Shown here piece by piece: positions 54,301-64,000 of a stretch of 64,000 bases of DNA; the first letter of the stretch is position 1; each line of letters starts with the position of its first letter. The notes beneath the pieces were generated by a model. It was not told the origin of the DNA. It ran no database searches and was given only the letters and a program-made list of their open reading frames with translations. The stretch covers positions 1-64,000 of the forward strand of contig CT868674.1 in NCBI GenBank assembly GCA_000165425.1, given 5' to 3'. Both the position numbers and the translations under genes were made by a program. The DNA comes from Paramecium tetraurelia (taxonomy: Eukaryota).

Positions 54301-56185
54301 ATACTATTATAGAAATCAAATTCAAGATACAATTTAAGATTGTAGATTATGGTTTAATTATAATAAGTGATCAATCTAAATATTAATTAATAAAGAAAAA
54401 CTTCATAGTTAATTAATTCCTTTTGGCTTTGAAATCGAATTTATTTAAAAAACTTATCGAACCAAAATTAAAGATTATGTAAGATTTAGAAGAAGCAAAT
54501 TAATACAATGTCACTCCCAATTATATATTAAACAATTTAAATCAATTTTACAATCACATAACTCCTATACTATTAAATGTAAAAGTCTAAAATTAAGAAC
54601 CAAAACTCATTTTAAGGAAAAAACGATAAGAGAAAATGGCAAATACTGGATTAGTAGTGTAAAACTTAGACTAAGTAATCTTGAACTCATTAAATGTATC
54701 TGCCTATAAATTAGAAGATTTAATGTTAGGTTCATCCTACTATAAATTTTTAATTACAATTTAATTGTTGTTAAACTATCCTACATTAGATTCTAAGATC
54801 TTAGAGCAAACTATTAAACACTTCAGTAGTATTACATATATTAGAAATTGTTTAATGGAGTCGTACATATTTTTATACTTACAAATTTACGATGAGAGTG
54901 ATATTTCTAAGGCTTTGATTGGATTTGAAAGGTTTGATATTAATTATGATGTTTTATTGTCATAATAATCAGGAGATTTCACTGAATCTCCATTTAACTA
55001 AAAAGATATAATGAAGATATCAGATATAGATTTCAAACAATTTTTATAACAATCCTTATAAATTATTGAAAAAGAAGATTATTAATAAACCAAAGGCTTT
55101 GATTGGCTAAGGATTCTTAATATAACTAAAAAGTTAGAAAAGTAGATATCATCATAAAAGGATCTGAAGTAGCTCTGTCCTTAGCATATTTGGGACAATT
55201 AGAATGTTGGTTAGTTAAAATCTATTTACCAAAAGTTCGAGGAAATAATAAAATATCAGTTTAATAGTTTTGAATTGTTATTTTAGGCTTTGACTGATGT
55301 TAGTTTCAAGATGATTATAAATAATGAAGTTTAGTAATAGTACATGGAGAAGTTTTAATCAAAAGATGAATTTTAAGGATGGATATCTGAATCAGAACTG
55401 CAAGAGTATATCAAATAAATTGATTAGATGAACAGCATCGCTCAAAGTAGCTATTAGAATTCTGACTTAGCAATTCTTGGAAAATCATTATGGGATTATG
55501 CATTAATGAAAATCCTAAATGAGATGAGTTTGGGTATTTATTTTCTTGACTAATTAATAGACAATGCAAGTCTAGTGACTCTATACAAAATTCTTAAGGG
55601 GATCTCATTTTTAACTTATGCAGCCATAAAATTAAAAATTCACTAATATTTAAACAGCAGTTTCTAGAAATAATTGCAAAGTTTCGTAGATTTATATGAA
55701 AAGACCAAAGATTAATCGATTACTTTTCATATTAGTTCTATACCTTATAATGAGAATTCTATTATGTTAAGGAATGCATTTCTGGCTTTGGTTGGAGCAA
55801 TTTACATTGATAGTGACTTTGAATTGGCAGTAGTTCTTGAGTGGATTAAATCATTATTTACTTAGATAAATGTGGATGAATTGTATTAACCAGAGTTTTT
55901 ACAAAGTAGATAAAGATATCAATTTTATTAATGGTAATAATAAATATCACAATTAGGTATCAAAAACATTTTGGAAATCCATTCAACTTTGATTTGATCA
56001 AGATCCCCCATTAGGATCAAAAGAAAATTGGTTAAGGAATGTTCTTATACATGCCCTATGATTAGAAGGAAGGTTAGATAGTGAATATAAAAGGAGAGAA
56101 GTTTTATTAGATAGCTTAATTACACATTTATGCAAAATGCAAGAGTCAGGCGTGGGATAAGTTATATGAATTAATTGAGCATTGA
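51320..56185 (+). CDS. DCR: Dicer-like protein (helicase - DUF283 - two RNase III - dsRBD-like), predicted catalytically inactive; Dcr2/Dcr3 type
   Basis: Helicase: NIYVMTSEIFVNSLRRGY...IYLDDCQ, LSPKIKLL...RILIYVK. DUF283: AKASVAFQAAIQLYQKGYFDCHL. RNase IIIa: LEDLMLGSSYYKFL. RNase IIIb: FEEIIKYQF...QALTD, LAILGKSLWDY, NAFLALVGAIYIDS. About 7 short introns; the frame appears intact. Confidence 0.88.
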
Positions 56186-56226
56186 ATGAATGAGAATGAT
56201 ATTTATTATAAATTATTTATAAAAAA

Positions 56227-58192
56227 ATGAAACAACCTTCTGCAGATATTCTTGAGATGGAACATGCAATTGGATATAGTGGAAGAGTAAAATTGAATAT
56301 AAATATAAGATACCTCGAAGTGTGATCTTGCATCCAAATGGAGTGGAATTCATTTGTATTGCTGGAGCATCTTTAATAATAACTGATTTAAGAGATGCTC
56401 ACAAATAATCATTTTTATAAGGACATGATGATTAAATCACATGTTTAGCAGTTTCAAACAAAGGTGAATTGGTTGCATCAGGATAGAAGGGAGACAACTC
56501 GGATGTTATTATTTGGGATTATCATAGAAAAATTCAAAAATATAGATTATCAGAACATGATTATGAAGTAGTATGCGTAGATTTTAGTCATGATGATAGA
56601 CTGCTCTTCTCATCAGGCAACCCAATGGATAAAAGAATATTCATTTGGGATTGCTAAACAGGATATATAGTAGGTTCAGTCAATCATACTCCTGAGCCAA
56701 CAACAATAGCAAGGTGGGGTGGATTTGCTAAAGATATTAAAGGTAGAGATACACCAAAATATCAATTTGCAACATCTGGAAATAAATAAATATGCTTATG
56801 GAAATTGGACCCTAAATTAGGAGTGTTTGAGAAAGAAGTAATTAATACAGGAAATTTGGTGAGAGATTACATTTGCATGGAATTTTCAAAAAATAGAGAA
56901 GAATATCTTTTGTTAGGTACAACATCAGGAGACTTCTGTGTATTCTAGATGAAAAACAAGTAATATAATTGCATTAATTATTATAATAGATTTTTCAGTC
57001 ATTAAATTGTAGTTGCTGCTTTGGGAGTGATGTCAATAAGATTCGTTGATTTTACAAGGTTTATAGTTGGAGCAGGTAATGGTACTTTAGCAATGTATTA
57101 AATTACAGAAGATAATAAAGTACAACATTATTATAATTTAGATAAATTAATTACATAAAACTGATTTAGGAGGAGCAGTTAATTCAATAACAGTAAGAGT
57201 AGATGGTTTAGAGAGTTTGATTTCAACAGATAGAGGGCTGATTTTTAGATTCAATACAAACAGCTTTTAGAAAGGATTACATAGTGAAAATCATACAGGA
57301 TCAATATTGGATATGAGTTATCCACCAGGAGTTTCTGATAGATTTGCATCAGCTTCTGAAGATGGAACCATCAGACTTTGGGACATTAGTGAATATTATG
57401 TAATTGCTAAATGTTAAGCAAATGTCAATGTTGTTCCTTTAAGTTTAGTTTATAGAGATGAAGTGTTATTAAGTGGATGGGCTGATGGTAAGATTAGGAT
57501 GTTCAGATCTGATAATGGTTAATAAATTTGGTAGATTGATAATGCTCATAAGACAGGAGTGACTACACTTTGCATCTCGAATAATTTGAAATTCTTCTGT
57601 AGTGGTGGAGGTGAAGGAGATGTTAGAGTTTGGGAAATGAGAACCAGAGAAATGGTATCACATTTGAAAGAACACACTCATAAAGTTACTAAAGTTAAAT
57701 TGATTGCTAATGAAACACAGTTATTGACTTCATCTCGTGATAGAGCATTGTTGCAATGGGATTTGAAGACTGAAAAAAGAATTAGTGCTCATATTCAAAG
57801 AATGGGTGGAATTAATTCTTTTGACACTGTTCCTAATACTTCAGTTGTTTTTAGTACTGGATAAGATAGGAAAATCTTCACTTTGGGATCTTAATTAAAG
57901 TGAAGTCTAGAGATAATTTGAAACGAGTGGGAATCCAAAAAAAGGTTAGAAATTTATTTTAATTTAAGGTGATGAATGTTATTCAATTTGTCTATCCCCT
58001 AATTTCAAATATGCAGTCACTGGAGGATCTAATTGTTCAGTCAAATTATGGGATCTATAAACTGGACAGTAAATCTCAGAAGGATTTGGACATTCTGGAC
58101 CAGTCAACACTGTGTAATTTGCTCCAGATGGAAAATAAGTTATTTCAGGCGCATAAGATGGCGTTGTTATTGTTTGGAATGTGTTCTTATGA
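56227..58192 (+). CDS. CFAP52: CFAP52/WDR16-like WD40 ciliary protein (apparent +1 indel at ~57877)
   Basis: LEMEHAIGYSG..P.SVILHPNG, QSFLQGHDDQITCLAVS..G..VASGQ, SGWADGKIRMF, HLKEHTHKVT match the WDR16 family. Four short introns. Confidence 0.82.
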
Positions 58193-58295
58193 CATAATAT
58201 AAAAATATTATATAATTCAATTCAAATTTATTTATACTAATAGACTCAAATAAACTGATTATCAAACCAAATATAAGTCAATTAATTAAATAAAA

Positions 58296-58884
58296 ATGCT
58301 TAAAAGACCTCCTGTCCCCAAATTTCATGAAGAATGCAATACTCCTAAAAGAAATTAGGATATGTACGAATTGATTTCCGATATCATTTTCAAGATGAAT
58401 CTTAATGCAGAAGTAGAAAAAAAATCAATCTCCATCTTTAATGTTTTATCCATTCCAAATTCATATATGCATGCATAAGCCATTGTATATTATGCTATGA
58501 AAGAGTTACAATTATAAATTGCCTGAAACTGATGAAAAACTGCAATACTTGGCTAAATGTATATAGTAACAACATTCAACCTTAATTACAACTCTATGCC
58601 AAAAACTCAAAATAGATTCAAAAGCTACTACAGTTTGTGTCACTCTCTTAAGGTAAATGTAACCTCTCATTTAAAAATTGCCAAAACCTGTTTAAAATGC
58701 AATAGTTGTAAAAATAGCCACTGATATCATATATCTGAAATAAGGTGGTATCAATATCAATATAATTGCAAACTCTGCAAATATTACAACAGAACAATTA
58801 GATTCCAACATTAACAGAATCAAACCATTTGCATTCTAAATCATTTAAGATTTGTTCAATTATTTCAATCATCATTCTATTTGA
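58296..58884 (+). CDS. Small cyclin/TFIIB-fold-like hypothetical protein, frameshifted at ~58509 (assembly error or young pseudogene)
   Basis: Helical two-repeat pattern (ISDIIFKMNL...; LITTLCQKLKID...AIVVKIATDII). The 589-nt span is 3n+1 and becomes open only if one base is removed at ~58509. Confidence 0.55.
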
Positions 58885-59665
58885 TTATATTTTTATGTTT
58901 ATGTTTTCTAAATATATCTCTTAAATGGAAGTATTAATTCTAATTCAGATACATGTGGATTATTCAGTTTTAATATTTACTGCTTCTCATTAAGATATTA
59001 AAATCATTAAAGAGTCTTTATATAATTATCAGTTCTAATTTAAAATATTTATAAAAACTGTTAAATAATTTAATTTTTATAAAATTATATTAATTTTATA
59101 CAAAATCCATTCAATTTCCTTTGTTATGTTAGTGATGCTATTACCTAATTTATTTAATATTCAATTAATTTCAAATTGAATATGCAGTAATTAAATTTAT
59201 TGTAAATTATTTTAAGTATAAATTTTATGAATAGTATTGACACTTTACACAATTAAAAATTTAATATATTAATGAATCTTGATTTTGAGATTACGTTAAT
59301 CAAGTTCGCAAGTGCAAACTTGAAAGTGTTATGTGAAACACATGCTTTTAATAATAGACTTAGTAAATTATTATAATTAAATTAATGTCGAAATATGTAA
59401 AAGTAATTAAATTATTTTTTTTTAATTAAAATATATTAACAGTTTATTATTTTATTATTATAATGATTCTCGAAATTGTATTTAAATTATTTTATAAACA
59501 TTCCCTTTTGTTACTTTTTAAGTGATTTGAATTTATAAATATTTCTTTTAGGCAAATTCCACTGATCTTAGATGCAGAGGGTATGAGGTTTGTAAATTTC
59601 AAATTTAAAAATAATATATTATTCAATATATATATCAATATTTTGCTCACTTATGCTTCAACAAA

Positions 59666-60981
59666 TCAGAAGTATCCTGGATACATTTAAAATTATTGTT
59701 AAAATCCTAAGTTAACTGGAAATTAATGATAATTTGGATATATCTGATTATTTGGAGCATAATTCATATATGCATTAGGGAAACTAAACATACCATATTA
59801 GTTTCCATAACATATTTATTATGGTTAAATTTAAGGTACAGAGAAATGGTTATTTTACTGTTGAAATAAGTTTGTTGTTTGAACAATCTAGTTTGAAGAT
59901 TCCTGACTTATTTTTGTTTTTTCAGTTAAAGAGACATCTAAAAAAATCAATAGACTATGTTACTTGTGGCACTGATTGCATTATCAAGAGAGAGAGGTTC
60001 TACTTTTGGTTTTTTCAAATTGGACCCTTCAGTATTCAATAGTGGAGTGTCTATTCTCTTTTAGGCTTCTTTCTTGGCCAAGAAGTCAGACATAAATTGT
60101 GTAACTGTCAAACTCAATTTTTAATCTGGGTTCTGTACGATAGCTTTGAGTAAAGATCTCTCTTCGTTTTCTTAGACCTGAATTTAATATAGAAAATTAC
60201 ATTAAATCGTTTCAAATTTCTAATGATTCCATTATATTAGTTTTTGATTTAATTTTCACTTCTCCCATTCATTTCACTCTGTATTTTAGACCATTTCTTA
60301 CCATAATCTAAAATCAATTGTATGAGTTTAATTTTTTCCTCTTTAGTCCAACTCGACCTAGAGATGCTTGGATTAAGAACGTTATTCCATCTCTCTCTTA
60401 TTTATTTGGGGTACCTCTAAGTTGAGGACAATTAGTTAAACATAATAGTTAGTTCTGTCCAATTATTTTTTGAATAGTGTTAACTAAAATATATAAAAAT
60501 CTTACCTTGCAATATCTGTCAAAATCTGATCTTCTTCTTTGGTCCAAGGGGAAATTTTTAGATTGGAATGAAGTAAGGATATCCATTTTAATTCAACCAA
60601 TTACTTATCCACACAGAGTATTTTCGATATATACTCCCAATCTCTGTCATTCTAACAATAAATAAAAACTATTACAGGAATTAAGTCAGATCTATTTTAA
60701 GACATTAAATATTTTGTCATGCTCCAGATAAGCAGAATTTTGTCTTGCTGATGCCATTTCTTCCTGTTCGAATCATTAGTCGATCTAATTATAGTAGGAA
60801 GATAACAATACTTTGAAAAAACTTCTTCATAGTATTATTTCATTTATTGGTCAGATGGAAATTGGCTGGCTCGAACTTTTACAAATTATTTAACTGTTTC
60901 TTCGTCAATGGGATTTAAAATCTTGATTGACTCGATAAAATCAAACCATTCCTTGGGTAGTGAGTCTTTTATTTATATCAT
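59666..60981 (-). CDS. Myb-repeat transcription factor
   Basis: SPWTKEEDQIL, PKQIRERWNNVLNPSISRSSWTKEE, YGKKWSKIQSEMNGRSENQIKNQY. Five short introns. Ends MYPGYF*. Confidence 0.88.
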
Positions 60982-62600
60982 AAAATTAAATATAATCAAG
61001 ATTTGTAAAGATTAATTGGTTTATAAATATTGGTCAACATCAATAAGATAATTTAAATCAATTTTTTAATTGATTGTGTACATATATATATTTATTAACA
61101 TTGTTCTATTTTTATCTTAATTATAGTCTGAGTTTATTATTAATGGATAAGTTTTTTCAAATTTCCTCTCACAATAACTTTCTTATTTTCCTTTTTTCAA
61201 ATGTTCATGAAGAAAATTACATTATCAAATTATAAAATTTATTTCTTGAGTAATATCAAACCCCTCCATTACTCCACTGTCTATCATAAAAAATAAACTA
61301 TTCCATTAAATATTTGTAAATCCAAAACAATTCGCTCTCTCTCCTCTATGAATATTTTCATCAGTTTTTAATCCCGTCTCTGGTACTGTGCCCCTTTTCC
61401 CTCTCATTTTTCTTTCAAATTCCACCTTCAAAAGGCTAGTTGCTATCCCAATCACCTTATAACATACAATTCTTATCGATCCTAGACATACCCTGAAACT
61501 CTAGAAATTCAAGGAAATTTATTAACTTTATGTCAGACCTAAAGATGTTGACTAAAATTAAATTATCTACAATTTAAGGAAATAAACAATCAAAAATCTA
61601 TCCAATTATAAGTCTTCCTACTCCCTTAATTCATGAATATTTTTCCAATTATTTAATTTTTTGTTGTAAAGAATTTATAATTATTCCATGTACATGGTTC
61701 AGTATTTAAAACAAATAACTATTTATTTATATATAATTGTGGCAGGATTTCCACAATTAAAGCAAAATCAGAGATTCTATGACATCATTGATGTTGTTTA
61801 ACATTAAATGAAATTTTATATTAAAATCCTAAAGAAATTTCAATATTTAAAATATTATTCGATAATTATAAAAAATGTTTATTTTCAAAAAGTCATTTTA
61901 TATAGAATTAAAAACTGAAATTTAATAGCTTTTCCTTATGTCCCATATGTTCAGTGATTTATAACAATGAGAATAAATTATCATTGCATAATTTTCTTCA
62001 CTATCAATTTCTATTATAAATTTTTTATATAAATTGTTTTAATAATATATGATTGTTAATTAATAAAACATTTAGACTATTTTTTTATTAATTTTATTTA
62101 CAATAAAATTCAATATAAGCAGTACTAACTTCACTCCTTATTTTTAAAAGGAATCAGATAATTTCTTTTAGCAATTCGAATATTTAATTTTTTACAGTGA
62201 ACATTACTCATTTTGTATTATTTAATTTGAGTATTACAAATTGATTCTTGTTTATAATATTATTAAATTGCTAAAAGAGGTTTAGAATTTAATTGTAATC
62301 AACATTTCCTTGTTGAAAATTTAGTTGGAAATCTCAAATCAAATAATGCCCAAATAATTTCTATCTGTAACAGCCTCTATAATTTTTAACGTTCTATTAT
62401 GTTTTCATTTATTTTATAAAGTTGCTTATTTGAATAATAATAAGTTCACAGATCTCCATTTGAACCACAATTGTTAGTACTATGTTAATTTAGTATCTGA
62501 TAAAAGTCAGAGTGATTAGTTTATAATTTAATTATTCATAATATCAAGTACTAATATGTTATGATAATTTAATATATATTATTTCAAATATTTTCAACAC

Positions 62601-64000
62601 TCATAATGTTAGATTTAATTCGTATTTCTCATAAGAATTATACTGATCATTAGGAAAGGTTGGGTAGAATGCGACACAAGCATCAGAACTGCCAACATAT
62701 ATCATGTTATAAATTCTCCAATATATCAATCTCACCTAATAATAGATATAATATTAATACCCTTCTTGCAGGATGATACAGGCCTTATAATGCATAAAGT
62801 AAAATATTGCCTGGTCCAAGACTGACTCTCATTCCTTCAATGGCTTCCATAACAGCATTAATAACATGAGGTGATGTTTCGAATATGTTTGGCCAAACAT
62901 GATTCAATAAATGCATAAGTTGTTCTTCGCATCCTAAGCATTGGACTCCAAGAGCTAAATGTTTAACAGCTGATGAGGCAGTTTATCTATGAACAAGATC
63001 TCTATCAGTCAAAGCATCAATTAATAATGGAATAACTGAATTAATATAAGAATACGCAGTTGGTCCTATGTATTCAAACATAAAAGATAATGACTTTAAA
63101 ACACCATTTTACACATTTAATTCTCTAACTCTATACTCATTCATTAGAGCAGGTAAAACAGTAAAAGGACCGCATGTTTCTGCTACAATTGCAATAGCCA
63201 CAGTAGTACAAACACGAAGTTATCTTTCTTAAACTTTAAGATTATTTAAAAGAGTAGACAAAACATCTTAGGGTCCTATGGCTTTGGCAATATAACCAAA
63301 AGTATTGATAGTTGCTCTTCTAATCCCTTTTTTGTGAGCCTTCAATAAATCTAACAAATCAAAACATATTCTGATCCATTCTTTTGGAGAGACATGTTCT
63401 GGTCCTCGATCTGCAATTCTACCAACTAAATCAATGCAATTCTGCTTAAACCTTCTCATGTCTATTTTTTAAGATGGGTGTCAATCTTGGCAATAAATCT
63501 TTAATAGGAGGGGACATCTTATTCATTCCTATTACATTGACTATAGCCTTCAATCCTCCTAAGATAGATCCTAGAACTTCTGGATATTCTTCACCTAGAC
63601 ATTCAAATAATAACTAGCCTAATCTTCCTAATCTTGCTTCTTCTTAGCAATTCTTCATGCAAACTGCAATTTTACCAATCAAATCAGCTGCTTATTATCT
63701 AACTCTGGGTGATTTATTAGATAATCTCCATTATAAAACACCACCTAATTAACTGAAATAAGGCTTAGATCTACTGCCAAAAGCATTAATTATAGATCCA
63801 AATCCACTCAACATTGTTTAGGTATCTTCACTTTGTTATTCATTAAATGCCCATAAGACTCCATCCATCAATCTGTTTTCCAATTTCGAATCGATATCTG
63901 ATACTCCTAGTTAATTTATAAACTTTTCTATAGTTTCCACAACCATCTTTCTAAATGATTCATTTTCATCTTTGAGATCTCCTACAATTCTTTCTAATAT
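62601..64000 (-). CDS. SF3B1: Splicing factor 3B subunit 1, 3' part (5' end outside the window); apparent +1 indel at ~63444
   Basis: HEAT repeats [81 protein letters not shown]. Confidence 0.97.

Noticed and set aside
58890..59660. Long AT-rich spacers (also 61640-62600) as retained IESs, transposon ends or ncRNA loci
   Set aside because: No convincing TAYAG-type inverted ends, terminal repeats, transposase remnants or tRNA/snoRNA structure visible by eye.
37375..63460. Programmed +1 ribosomal frameshifting (Euplotes-type)
   Set aside because: The indel sites share no AAA-stop or other common slippery motif, TAA is not a stop here, and one break is not +1. Assembly error is more parsimonious.
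1..64000. The supplied short ORFs as independent small genes
   Set aside because: They were computed with TAA/TAG as stops. Most are fragments of larger code-6 genes, or antisense/shadow frames (e.g. the + strand ORFs inside the dynein).
1..64000. TAA/TAG reassignment to Gln as a novelty
   Set aside because: Clearly present (TAA/TAG at conserved Gln positions in ARL8, RPT3 and dynein), but it is the established ciliate code 6.

Overview
AT-rich, gene-dense eukaryotic DNA from a ciliate macronuclear genome, almost certainly Paramecium. TAA and TAG read as Gln, TGA is the only stop, introns are ~21-30 nt GT..AG, and some intergenic spacers are only 23-50 bp. The supplied ORF track uses the standard code and so fragments or misses nearly every real gene; I retranslated by hand with code 6. 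The first ~9.6 kb is mostly decayed gene relics around a 150-N gap, including two paralogous Cys-rich furin-like-repeat fossils. It is followed by an orphan type-I membrane protein, IFT56, BBS7, an NT-C2 protein, a VPS9-like protein, ARL8, a short NOP14-like protein, a 13-kb inner-arm dynein heavy chain head-to-head with LRRIQ1, a pseudokinase, RPT3, two Myb paralogs, a CFAP52-like WD40 gene, a cyclin-fold-like gene and the 3' part of SF3B1. The most notable gene is an intact ~1550-aa Dicer-architecture protein whose helicase motifs and both RNase III active sites are degenerate (pseudo-Dicer, Dcr2/Dcr3 type). Several conserved genes carry isolated indels that are most likely assembly errors. 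All family assignments come from motif recognition, not database searches.
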